In this document: piece by piece, positions 36,032 through 48,197 of the stretch | How the letters are laid out: each line of letters starts with the position of its first letter | Numbering within the stretch: the first letter of the stretch is position 1 | The notes under the pieces: model-generated | Databases searched by the model: none | Seen by the model: the letters and a program-made list of their open reading frames with translations, nothing else | What the model was told of the DNA's origin: nothing | Translations under genes and position numbers: made by a program | Assembly (NCBI GenBank): GCA_000934665.2 | Contig: KZ538458.1 | Span: 1 to 64,000, forward strand | DNA: 64,000 bases | Source: Catajapyx aquilonaris | Taxonomy: Eukaryota | Direction of reading: 5' to 3'

Positions 36032-36782
36032 TATTTTCAACCTATTTTTACCTCAATTGTAAAATTTCTAAAACGGTCTATTCACTCTTTCTTCTTATTG
36101 CCGACTATGTATTAGAGTCATTAAATCCAGGGTGTTTCATTGAATGTCTATTTTAGTAGGTGATTTTTTGGCACTACAAACTTATTTCAAGCTGTTACTT
36201 TTGAATCGATATTTTTCATGGTCAAAAGTATTAGTTGCTAATGTTAGGTTGCACGGACCCATGTTTTTAAACTCTTGCAAGGGTATCTGGCCTGCAGAAA
36301 AATAGGTTCAGGTATTGACATTGGATGCCAATTGTTCCAATGGACCATTCCAAATTGGAAACTCTGTGCAATTCAAAGCTTGGATAAATGATCCAGTTTG
36401 GCTTATTATTATCAAATAATACTTCTGATGGCCACTAAAATGAATGCCTTAAAAGTAACTTCTTTAAAATACCCACCTAACAACAATAAAAAATCACTAA
36501 AGAAAATCAAGCATTTCAACTGTCATACCCTGCCTAGTCCTCATGACCAGACTTACACTTGGTTGGAAACAAAGAGCAGAGAAAAAGTCAACATGGCAAC
36601 CAATCCGATTACAGTTTGGTTCCTGAAATTAAAAGCAAATCAACAGTCACGTATACTTTGCCCTGCACACAGTTTCTCCTGAATCATAAGCCCTGAGGCA
36701 AGTGCTGCACAGTGAACTGTGAAGTACATCAAAAATGTACAGTATAATGTGGTGGATTTTTATTTTCCCAAACAGTACTGAC

Positions 36783-37512
36783 CTGTGCCCCAGACTCCAA
36801 CAGTAGTGCTACCATCTCCTGGTGCCCTTGCCAAGCACTCACATGCAGTGGTGTCCGCCCCTCAAGGTCACGTGACTCGGCACTACTTCCGCTGTGCAGC
36901 AAGAAGCGGGCCATTGCAGTCCTATTCTCCAAAGACAGTAGGTATAGTGTTGACCTTCCATCAGCATCTCGGTAGTCCATACTGGCACCACGACATAACA
37001 ACAGGTGAGCCACATCCTTATGTCCTTGAAGTGCTGCTGCCCTCAGCGCACTCTTTCCATCATGTGACCTCGACTCAATGTCAGCCCCAAGTTGCAACAA
37101 TGTTGCCACAACAGCACCATGACCTTCCTGAGCAGCCAAAACCAGTGCCGTCTTCCCCTCATTGTCTGCCTCATCTACACGTCCACCCGCTTCAACCAAA
37201 GCTTCACACACTTCACGGTGGCCTTCAAAAGCAGCATAATGCAAAGGTGTCCATCCTGCATTGTCGCGATGCATTTCATCCAGGCCCCGGTCCAACAGCT
37301 GTCGCACCACTTGTGGTGACCCTTGGGCAGCAGCCACACTAAGAACAGTGCGCCCCTCAGCATCGATGCTGTCCACATAGCAGCCCCAGAAGAGGAGAAG
37401 TTCCACCACTGATGCGTGGCCCATGGAGGCAGCTGCCCACAAAGGTGTACGTTGGGAGAGGTCAGCATGATCTGCATCGGCTTCATATTCAAGTAGGAGC
37501 TCACACACCTCC
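36783..37512 (-). CDS. ANKRD50: ANKRD50 coding exon 3 (ankyrin repeats)
   Basis: EVCELLLEYEADADH...LLFWGCYVDSIDAEGRTVLSVAAAQG...GLDEMHRDNAGWTPLH; AG/GT borders, phases 2/0. Confidence 0.96.
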
Positions 37513-37855
37513 CTGAAAAAAATGGATTTGTTGTAGTCATGGTAGTACTCTGTGATCCAACTTTGCTGACCAAGGTGACACAAAAGAGGTTCAATTAGAA
37601 CTAAGCATGAGGGAAGGAAAGGGAGAGAGAATGAATCACAACCATCAAATGATGCATGTCTGAGAAAATACTAATAAGTAAACTTAAAGTGCTTTGAAAG
37701 GCAAGGCACCTGCACCAAAGTTCTGCATGCCTAAAATTTTGAAGGCTGTAATTGTAATAACTATTCCTTTTTTTCAATAAAACCAACTGGTCCAAATAAA
37801 CTGTCTGCAAAAATCAGTCCCTATGGTTGGGCTTCTAGTAAAGACATTTACTTAC

Positions 37856-39888
37856 TTGTGACCCTCAAATGCTGCAACCAAGAGTGGAGTCATCCCCTCC
37901 CTGTCCTGATGATCTACATGTGCTCCTTTCTCCAACAAAATGGTTACCACCTTAGCATGTCCCTCTGAAGCAGGCAAACACAAAGCTGCCACACTTAAGG
38001 CAGTCCTTCCATCTGCATCAGAATGATCCACCTCTGCCCCTGACTCAAGCAGTGCTTCTACTATCTCCGCATGGCCCATGTACGCTGCAGCAATCAGTGC
38101 CGTACGACCCTCTCTGTCTGCACGATTAACTTGCGCACCTGCCCTAACCAGTGCCCCTACTATTTCCTCATGGCCTCCCCAGGCTGCTGCTCTTAATGCA
38201 GTGCGTCCATCTGCATCTTCTAAGTCTACAGTTGCCCCTGCACCAAGCAGCACAGCCACAACTTCGGTGTGTCCACCCCATGCAGCTGAACGTAGGGGTG
38301 TCCAGCCATCAGAATCAGCTTGGTCTGGGTTGGCACCAGAAGCCAAAAGAGTTGCCACTAAAGATGCATGCCCTTGCCGGGCTGCCAAGTTCAGTGCAGT
38401 CTGCCCAGCATGTTCAGGTGCATCAGCAATAGTTGGCACTGGTGGAGCTGCTGATAGCTCGGGTTCAGTCTCTTCCAGTTGCGAGTCCTCATCTGGCTCA
38501 GCACCGTATTCTGCACCCGTCTCGATTAATAACCGAAGTGCTGCTGGATCTGTCGGTGCAGATTGCACCAGACTATCTTTTGTTGGTGCCCCCACCAGTG
38601 CCATCCACAGTGGTAGGTGCACACATGGGTCCCAAGTGGCACCATTTGGTGCAGGAGGCAGCCTTGTCAAGTGCAGCGCCAACTCATGCACTTCTTCTGG
38701 TCCTAGTTCCGATGCCCTTGCTGACATGGCCAATGCCAGCATTGCATGCCCTTCCGACACGCGGCACAGGTACTTCTGTGTGCAGTGTTTCACATCTAGA
38801 AGCCACTCGGAGAAACTGGGATGAAACAGAGTTCGAGCCCCATCATTACCTGTTACCAGAACTCGTCTCAAAAGGTGTAACCGGCGCCCGAAGTCCTCCT
38901 TTGACATTGCAGTATGCCGTGTCCATACTGCAACACGCAACTGCTCCTCACTTATTGGTCGCCTGGCAGCTAAAAGAGCATGAAGTAATGGCTGGACTTT
39001 GTGGAATTGCTTCCGGTTGAACAGTCGCTGACACAGCCATAGGTACAATCCATTTAATGTGCCGGGGATATCCCGAACTTCCCGTAACATTATAAACCCG
39101 TCTGCAACACCATCCAGTACCTTTTCAAGGTAAAGAAAGCACCCATTGCTCTTTATATGTAGCTGATTCAACATCTCTGCTGTTTCACGACTTATGTGCT
39201 GCCTGAGTGCTTCTTCTTGATCAAGTCTTGCTAAAATATATTGTTGAACATCACGAATAACCTGTGGCTTTCGGAGGTCATCAAGGTTGACCTTCCTAAA
39301 CCCAGTGAACAACCTGGCAACAGCACGTGACTGACGCCTTGCTGAGCAAACTAAGAGAAGCCAGTGTGGAAGCAGGTGGTGGTGACCTGCTAGAAGTTCA
39401 GCTATGGTGCGGCTTGGAGCACCCAGGGGTGGACCTAGGAGTGGACCCTGGGCTGGTGCTTGGTGTGTTTGTAGGTATGACTCATCAACTGAGTCCACCA
39501 GGAGGAAGCATGGATGCTTTGGGGGGTCCAGTTCCAAAAGTGGAAATAGTAGTGCCTTTTTGAATGCATCATCTGGATCAGCTTGGCAACGGCGGTAGTC
39601 CAGTGCAGCAGTGACCTCAGGATCGCGAAGCTTGTCTGCATAGCCCTGCAGAAGGTCAGAGCTGCACACCTGCTGGACAATCTGGTGGATAAAGTCAGCA
39701 GGGCTCAAGGTGGAGGCATCCTGTGCCTGGCAGAAGTGGTAGGCCAGGAGGCGTCGGTGAAGGCTGCGTTGACGGCCTCCACCTCCACCTCCACCCACTG
39801 CTCCTGGACCACCAGTGGGCCAGACAAGCTCACAACACAAGGCTGTCTTTCCACATCCAGCACCTCCCACCAGCAGTGCTCCACACAC
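37856..39888 (-). CDS. ANKRD50: ANKRD50 coding exon 2 (P-loop NTPase domain + ankyrin repeats)
   Basis: Walker A GGAGCGKT, Walker B FLLVDSVDE, LNQLHIKSNGCFLYLEKVLDGV, IPGTLNGLYLWLCQRLF, WLLDVKHCTQKYLC, GWTPLRSAAWGGH. Confidence 0.97.
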
Positions 39889-40248
39889 CTGCATTAGAGA
39901 GGGAATCAGTAATAATGACCTACTAAAGTAGTGAGCTTTTGTACACTGAAGGGTAATCCAATATAACACTGATTTGTGACACTTTCACAATAAGATGACA
40001 GCAAGTTTCAACATATGGGTACTGTACCATTTAACAACGTTTCACAATTTAATGCCCTGTTCAAATTTACCTTCAAATAAGAAATATTTGAAAATAACAA
40101 AAAAAATCAAAACATTAACAGTTTGCTGCAACAACTCTGAGTCCCAACACACTATAGGCATTTCTTTTGTTTTCCATGGTGCATTGTGGCCAGGTCTATA
40201 AATATAATAATGCTCATTTGCTGAAACCTAACCACATTGTAAAATGTA

Positions 40249-40809
40249 CAGTGGAACCTCGTACTTTGAACGCCCCTAAAGTCGAACGTCCAGAGTTCAA
40301 ACGCTCAATTCACGAGAAATTTGATCAGGAGTTGGAATGATGCTTCTAAGTTCGAACTACTCACACAACGAAAAAATGCTCTCGCTGCGTAAACACTATA
40401 CGCTTTGCGCCCAAGTTGTCTTTCGCTCTCACTGTGAAAGCATATCTTGCATTACCCTCGTGTGTTTTCAGTGCTTTTATCACTTTATTTGATTGATTTG
40501 ATTCTTCTTCACCTTTCTCTCCACTAGCCACATCCCTCGTCACTGATACAGAAAATGCAATTTTTAATTTATTATTCAGTATTTACGTATTTTATTTATT
40601 GTTTTATTTTTAATTCATTATTTAGGGCATTAATCATGCTATTCTTACCTTAAATTATGTGTATTTACTGTTTAAGTTTATCTAAATGGGTGTTGTTCAG
40701 GGCCTGGGAACGGATTAATTCAATTTCCATGATATCTCATAGGGAAAATTGATTCGGACTTCGAATGGCCTCCTGGAACGAATTAAGTTCAAAGTATGAG
40801 GCACCACTG
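40249..40809. mobile_element. Tigger/pogo-like non-autonomous element
   Basis: TA|CAGTGGAACCTCGTACTTTGAAC...GTTCAAAGTATGAGGCACCACTG|TA. Confidence 0.85.
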
Positions 40810-41000
40810 TACCTCTACATCATTCCAAATAATTGCAGTTTTGAAATAATGTAATCTGTTAGAAAATGTTTCCTTAATTTTCATGATAATTAAATATATG
40901 AGGATTAGATTTTAAATAGTGGCAACCCTGATCCCCTTCTTCCACTCAGCTGCTACAAATAAATCATTTACATTGTGTGGCAACAAGCTGGAATATCTAG

Positions 41001-41061
41001 GTAAACCACATCATCTCTATGTAAACCACATCATCTCTATGTACGTAAACCACATCATCTC
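41001..41061. repeat. 20-bp tandem repeat GTAAACCACATCATCTCTAT x about 3
   Basis: Directly visible. Confidence 0.9.
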
Positions 41062-41142
41062 AACTTAAAACTCTCCTTCTCAAATTTGAAACATTCATGT
41101 AGCACATATCAGAAGCTGGCATGTGTTACTATGGTACATGTA

Positions 41143-41192
41143 CTATGGGGCTCAAATTGTTTTGGCCACTTTATCCTGGTCTTTAAGCAACC

Positions 41193-41227
<35 letters not shown>

Positions 41228-41301
41228 CCTCACCATGGGGCCGGTGCAAAGGGTTGCTTCAAGACCAGGATAAAGTGGCCAAAACTATTTGAGCCCCATA
41301 G
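41143..41301. mobile_element. Tc1/mariner-type MITE with central (CA)n
   Basis: TA|CTATGGGGCTCAAA...TTTGAGCCCCATAG|TA, about 50-bp arms. Confidence 0.88.
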
Positions 41302-41313
41302 TACAGTACTGTA

Positions 41314-41475
41314 CAGTGTTGGACATAAATCGAGGCATGCTGCTAGCAACATTTTCTGAAGCAGCAGAAGAAGGAATCGAAGGTAAGGATAGTGCAAACC
41401 GGGCGAGCAAGGTTCCTTCTTCTGCCGCTTCGGAAAATGTCGCTAGCAGCACGCCTCGATTTATGTCCAACACTG
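41314..41475. mobile_element. Tc1/mariner-type MITE
   Basis: TA|CAGTGTTGGACATAAATCGAGGC...GCCTCGATTTATGTCCAACACTG|TA. Confidence 0.9.
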
Positions 41476-41545
41476 TACATATGATTATCATGTCAAGATT
41501 CCCACTGTTTGGGGTTTGCCTTGTTTATCACTACAATTCTGTATT

Positions 41546-41825
41546 TATTTATTTTATTTATTTATTTATACCCCATTTGGAGAATCTGCGCTCCATTAGG
41601 GGGGTNNNNNNNNNNNNNNNNNNNNNNNNNNGGGGGGGGGGGGGCAAGGATAGGGAAGGAAGGAAGCGGCTGTGGCCTGTTATGCGGAAGCAACCCTGTA
41701 ATTATCCTGGGGGGACCGTGGAAAACTACAGAAAACCACGGTCAGGATTGCCAGCCCCGGGATTCGAACCCAGGACCTCCCGATTACCAGTCGGACTCCT
41801 TGACCACCCCACCAACCTGCTTCGG
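41546..41825 (-). mobile_element. SINE family C, copy 2 (contains N gap 41606-41631)
   Basis: Head and core as in 12586; perfect 14-bp TSD TACAATTCTGTATT (41532-41545 / 41826-41839). Confidence 0.9.
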
Positions 41826-42462
41826 TACAATTCTGTATTATAATGACACTTAACCGTTTAGCCAAATTAGCTCATGACTACTCAAAGAAATCACCCGAAA
41901 CTCATTGATCATATAACGACAATTGGGTCCTATCGTTTAAAAACTTTTTTACTCCATTAGACATTGAATAGGACAACATCTTATCCCATTTTCCTCTATC
42001 CCTAAAAACAGCAGAAAATAAATTTAAAAATCAGCTACTTTCCCAACTAAACCCGAGACTAAATCTTGCCCACTGCTATCAATATTCCAAATCCTACAAA
42101 TTCCTCTTCAAGCAAGTGTAACAGGGGTCCACTTTTGAACATTTAGGGCTGGTTTCACCAAGCCCGGTTTTCATTTTTTTTAAACCGGTTCTTTCGGAAA
42201 ATCCCTATTCTATTTGCAGGGATTGTACCTAACTGATGCCCAGTGACCATGTCACGTGACATTTCAAAGGGAAGAGTGTTAGCATCTGACGAGGTGTTTC
42301 AAAGGGTTAAATGGCATGTCAATTCAGTAGTGTACAGGCAGCTCAATCCTTTTCCCCTCTGTCTAACCCTTTATTTGGTTCTTCCCTTTTTTAACCATTC
42401 ATTATGTTATTGTCATGATTGACTTGATCCAGAACTGCATATTTAAATATTGAATTGTGTAC

Positions 42463-42558
42463 CTTCCCCAAGGAGCGCTGCTCGAGGCAGTGAGACAGCT
42501 TTGCGAAGGCCCACTCTCTGCAGAAGAACCTCTTGCCCTGCAGTAGTGACCCTGCCAT
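42463..42558 (-). CDS. ANKRD50: ANKRD50 first coding segment (exon starts at 42704 with 5' UTR)
   Basis: [38 protein letters not shown]; LLQGKxFxCREW is the ANKRD50 N-terminus; in-frame stop upstream; acceptor TTTGCAG at 42705-42711. Spliced CDS 4005 nt (1334 aa). Confidence 0.93.
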
Positions 42559-43245
42559 TGCCTCCTCCAACTGTTGCGGTTTATGTGGTATATTGGCTCT
42601 ATCTACTTGGGCTTGCCCCGGGGCATGCCCAGGGCCAGCCCCTCTTCTTCTGGCCTCTGCTCATGCCCACCTCTCTCCATGTCTCTCTCTCTCTCTCACC
42701 GATCCTGCAAACAGCATGATACATGTCATTAAGTCATATTCAACACTAAATGTCTAAACTAAACAATGATGTAACTACACTTCTTCACTTGCGAGTTAGT
42801 GTTGTATCTACACAGGACAGTCCAACGAGAAAGGAACACTATTTTTAGAAATTCTGCTTATTAGTTGTTTTCCAATACACGGAAAGTATTGGGTTATCTG
42901 TAGCAGTTAAAAGTAACTGCTCACTCTTCCTGCCCATTACTGCCTCTTTTTTTTTGTGGCCAAGAAAAACATTGGAGACTTCCCACTTTTGACTCCATAC
43001 CTGTCAAAATACAAGCTTGTTGAAGCACACATTTCCGCAGGTCAGATGATACTGATTATAATGCCCACCTAATTGGGTTGTAGTTGGAAAACCAGACACT
43101 TAGTATAGTGATATATAAGAAAAAGAACATTTTTGACACTGTTTTTTCATCGCCATAGCTTCTTTTGACTGCAAAATTGAAGAGAGTAGCATCAGGTGAA
43201 AAGACCAGCAGTACCTTACAAATGTTACAAACAACAATTTCTTGC

Positions 43246-43597
43246 AGAGAGATGAAGTGGCATCACGGTAACGCGTGCTCCCACGGATATGAAGGTCCCG
43301 GGTTCAATCCCCACCTGGGGTTCCCACCTTTATCCGTGCAGAGTTGGGCCATCTCTGGCTTCATTTCGGGTGGAAATTTTCTAAAGACTAATCCACCCGG
43401 GGGAGTTCACAAAATTACCAATTAACGACAGCGCACATGCACTTTGCACATCTCCTCCTACCAACCCTTGGAGTACACTAATAAGATTCTCTCTTAACAC
43501 GCTCCCAAAAAAAAAAAAAAAAATACCAATGGTGGTAATCCACCACCCCCTATAGACCCAACAGGTCATCACGGGGTAAATTTAAAAAAAAAAAAAA
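43246..43597 (+). mobile_element. SINE family A, copy 3
   Basis: Head and core match copy 1; tail CCCCCTATAGACCCAACAGGTCATCACGGGGTA + poly-A. Confidence 0.9.
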
Positions 43598-43608
43598 TGC
43601 TTGATGGA

Positions 43609-43915
43609 TATTTTTATTTATATTTATTTATTTATTAATTTATATTTTTAGATACCCTGTGCTAGTGCCAAACAGCCCTCTTAGGGAGGTGGGAATACCA
43701 CCATATGGAACCTTGTATATAATTTACAATTATTTAGTTGGTCCACGTCGTAGCTCGGTCATTTTGTGAACTCCCTTAGGTGGATTAGTCTAGCGGAAAT
43801 TTCCACCCGAGACGAAGCCAGAGATGGCCCAACTCTGCACGAGATGAAGTGGGGAACCCCGGGTAGGGTTCAAACCCGTGGGCGCGTGCGTTACCGCAGC
43901 ACCACTCCGCCTCCC
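43609..43915 (-). mobile_element. SINE family A, copy 4
   Basis: Reverse-complement family A; TSD TGCTT(G/A)ATGGA (43598-43608 / 43917-43927). Confidence 0.88.
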
Positions 43916-44025
43916 TTGCTTAATGGAATGTAAATAAGCAGAATTTTACAAGTGTTCTGTGTTGGACCTTCTAGTTGTATACAAACACAGTAAACGCATT
44001 TTTCCATGAACACTGGAGAGTCATG

Positions 44026-44033
44026 TATTGTTG

Positions 44034-44103
<70 letters not shown>

Positions 44104-44120
44104 CATCATCATCATTATTA
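44026..44120. repeat. (TTG)(TTA)n(TCA) microsatellite
   Basis: Directly visible. Confidence 0.95.
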
Positions 44121-47100
44121 TGTGTCAATAATAAAGTTCCGGATCAATTCATCTTGTCACTACACAACCATCACCACTCTAGCAAGGTGATAGTTACCGT
44201 GGGGAGGGGGGGGGGTGTCAGCTCACCTTGTCCTGTGCCAGGATACACATCCGAGTTTTTAAAACCTACAGTACTTGTGTCATTTAAAGAATACAGTGCA
44301 GTGGAAACATTCTGGCATCTGCACAAAATGTATGGATATCAATGGACTCAAAAGACGTGGGCCCCCAAGTTTTTTTGTATTTTTTTTAAGGTGAGGCCTT
44401 TGTGGCCAATTATATTTTCTCTCAGCAACATTGGGTCCATTCTAGTCGCCACTGCAAACCACACAAGCTCCTAAGACTCCATTTCCACGCCATGCAATGA
44501 TGGCATGAGTATCTCATTCTCGCCCTGGATAAAAGGATTCCCCTAAGGCCATTCTGTCCATTTCACAGGGGATTGCATGTCTAGGGCTACACAAGTGCAA
44601 TGTCCCTGCAGTGGAGAAACTGGGCCCCATTACCAAATAATCCTTTTGGTACTGGATTTGTTAGTAACAGTCCAAATAAATGCATGACTAATGACTCAAA
44701 ACTGATTTTAGCTGCACATTCATGCATCATCACTGACAGTTCCAACAGCCAGTCCAATTGACATGTCCAAACAATGCCCGCACTGATGTTGCAGTGAATT
44801 GGACAGCCCTTTCGAGTCCACAGACAAAACCAACACAACATGCAATTTTGAACTCAATTTTCCAGATAATAGCATGATTACTAAACGCCTTGCTTACACA
44901 CGTGCCGAGTAATTCAAGTATTTCAATCACCTGTAAACACATCTACTGAGGAATCTGTGATTTCTAGTAGCAGTGTAGCACCTAGTACTTCAGTTTCCAA
45001 GGTTAGTTGAAGAATGAGGTATGTAACCCAGAGGGTGGTTCAATACACAGTAAAAACAAATATTTTAGTGTAGGATCAAATTATTGCATAATTAATAAAT
45101 GTTGAGAATCTCAAATATTCTCTTAGGCAGCGCCTCATCGGAGCGGCAAGCATTTCAAAGTCAGAATCGAAAATGTATGGATGAGAAATGGCCCGCGCCC
45201 ACCATTAACACACACAGGTCTACAACAGCTGTGACAAAAGGCCCGACATGGCAACAGGTGCATAATTGACGAAATTAAGCGTATTTGTAAAAAAGTTAAA
45301 CGAAAATGTAGACACACAAAACGACACGCGAACGCCGGTAACGATCGTACAGTATACGCTGACAAACCTTGCCCCCAAAAAACAGCCATTTCGGATCCAT
45401 TACGGAGAGAATCACATTTTCAGATTCACTCTACAGTCTACACACTGGTAATAGAAGTCATGCAATTACTATTAGCGTATTACTTCGTATATTGCGACAT
45501 ACCGGTATAAAACGAAGTCGACAAGAGCACCGCGGCCAATACACCCCGGGGCCGGTATAAAGAGCGGCAAATTTCGGAATTCCCGCCTTCCCGAAAAAAT
45601 TATTACATATTTTAATTAATTAATTTTTTATTTTATTTTTATTTATTTTACCCCATTAGCTGGCCAGTTGGCCATTTACATATTTTAACCGCTACTGAAC
45701 ATTTGCAATAATGCCTTGCGTAAAACGGCAAAACATCTCGCAAGTTAATAGCAAAGTATAAATGTGAACTCATTCTTATCAGTAAAAATTACACCTTGCT
45801 CATCTAGTGGAGAGAAGGCGGCAATTCCTTAAAAATTATGAAGTGATAGCATCGAGTTCTCACGAATGGCCGCTGACTGTTGTATGAAATGGGCGGGGCT
45901 CTATACCCCCTAATTTTGCCACTCTCGCACAAAATTACAGAGTGCACCATGTATTCTTCCCAAGTAAAATGTAGTATACAGGCATACCCCGCCTTACATG
46001 CTGATAGACCCACCAGACATGCCTTTTCTAGAATCTGGCCACACTCGTTTGTGTGTACTGTACCAACATGCAACAATATGTACATTACTGCACCCACACC
46101 ATCAAAAGAATTCCATCAAATTTTGGTTTTAGATCCACCTAAGGGTAGCTAGGCCGAAACCCAGAATATTTCGATGACGCAAACGAAAAACATACACTGC
46201 ACGCCCTCGATTCCTGTGGATTCTGCTCCAATCGCGAAAACAAACACTACAATGCACCCCCGCTATTGGAAAGGACGGGGTGCCACGTTTATTTTACAAC
46301 CAGTTGAGAAGCAAGAGCCAGGCCACGGAATCCAAAATAATTCAATAAATTAACCCACCAGTTGAGGCCGCATCCCCAAGCATAATTTCCAATCAAGGGT
46401 GGCATAAAAGGCCGTGGATTCCCCCATGAATGAGATGAAATCGATATGAATACACCAGCCCCTTTTCTCCCTTGCCCCCCCCCNNNNNNNNNNNNNCCCG
46501 CCCCATCACCCAACCTAAAAGAATCAGGGGGTTGTTCTTCCACAATACCAGCAAACTGTCTTTTCGTCTCCAGCACCCCAGATTGATGTCCTGAAGAAGA
46601 AGAAAAAAAGGTGGTCCGCTTGTGTGCCTCGCGCAAATATTAGTCAAGACCGACCCCAGATGTCCCCAGAACACTTACCAAATACCCTCATTTTCTCCTA
46701 AATCTAGGGCTCAGTGGATTTACTGAGGGCCGCGTCTGCTGATTGTGCTTGCACTCCATCCTTTTCCGATATATACGTATAACCTTGTTACCTTGGGAGT
46801 CATGCGGTATATTGCCCGACCAGATCAATTGATTACCTGATTGATGCCCGTCATTCAACCCGTCCCTTTGGTGTAAACTAGCTGATGGACGCGACACCTC
46901 AGCCAAATATTGGATTTTCTCTGTGACGACACAAATTGCGACGGCCATTTTTCAATGGCAGGTGCTGGAGAGGGGGGGGGGGGGCGACGCCTCACTCGAA
47001 TTGCTCTCTTATTGCGTCTTGGCCCCATTTCACGGCTGCGTCCATAACACTCCTAAACCTCAAATACATCTTTCCCATCCAGATGATACGGCAGATCGAA

Positions 47101-47791
47101 TGAACGGTCACGTTCCTTGCTCTCAAAAAGATCCGCTTTCAGTATAAAACTACTTATGGACAGCGGCACACGTTTCCTATAGATACGCTCGTACAAGTAC
47201 AGTACAAACATCTCGAACGCGCACTTACGATTCTCTCAGCAACTCTTACTTCAAAAATATCCTTAGGCAGGGGGCACGATAGCGGAAACCTTCATCTGAC
47301 ACCAGTTTATACTGTACACACCTTGTGCGAACCCACAGTATCCACATCAGATGATTCGCCACGTTTACAAGGAATAACGCATTAGCCTAAACTCACAGAA
47401 CTAGCGGCAAGATTCGCACTGTCTGCACACTGAAATTGTCGTAATTCACGATATGGTGCTAAAGAGACCGCTTGATATAGTTAAAGCCATCAGCCAACAT
47501 CGTCGGAATAAATAAATAGATGGCAATTTTGAGACTATAGCTTCCCCATGGCCTCAGTGCTACATGATTTGCAGTATTAGCGTCAGTTAGGCCTATATGC
47601 AGTCTGCTCCTACAAGTGGCTCACATCTTCCCTCAGCGTTCATCACCGTCATAAGAGACTCTCAAGGGGCTGTAACTTACCAGGGGCACCACAAAACATG
47701 GCTTTACGCAGGGTTCGATCCAGGAATCTTGTTTGGCAAAGCAATTCCCCGAAGGATAACGCCCTCACATTTTCCCAGCCCAACGCAAACT

Positions 47792-47792
<1 letters not shown>

Positions 47793-47859
<67 letters not shown>
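47793..47859. repeat. (AAT)n microsatellite
   Basis: Directly visible. Confidence 0.95.
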
Positions 47860-47860
<1 letters not shown>

Positions 47861-47870
47861 CCCTTCATTC

Positions 47871-48197
47871 GGGGAGGCGGAGTGGTGCTGCGGTAACGCA
47901 CGCGCCCACGGATGTTAAGGTCCCGGGTTCGATCCCAGCCCAGGGTTCCCCCCTTCATCTCGTGCAGAGTTGGGCCATCTCTGGATGGCTTCGTCTCGGG
48001 TGGAAATTTCCGCTAGACTAATCCACCCGGGGGAGTTCACAAAATGACCAATATACGACATTGCACTTGCACTTTGCACATCCCCTCCTACTTACCCTTG
48101 GAACAACTAGACATATCCAGTATATGGTTCCAACAAATGGTGGTATCCCACTCCCCTAACAAGGGTCCATGGCCCGATAATGGGGTACAGTAAAAAA
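47871..48197 (+). mobile_element. SINE family A, copy 5
   Basis: B-box GGTTCGATCCC; perfect 14-bp TSD AATGCCCTTCATTC (47857-47870 / 48198-48211). Confidence 0.93.

Noticed and set aside
36785..39897. Plus-strand ORFs up to 248 aa overlapping ANKRD50
   Set aside because: Antisense shadows of long coding exons; no splice signals or motifs.
41606..46496. N runs at 41606-41631 and 46484-46496, and single Ns in or beside homopolymer runs
   Set aside because: Assembly uncertainty, not biology; homopolymer lengths nearby are unreliable.
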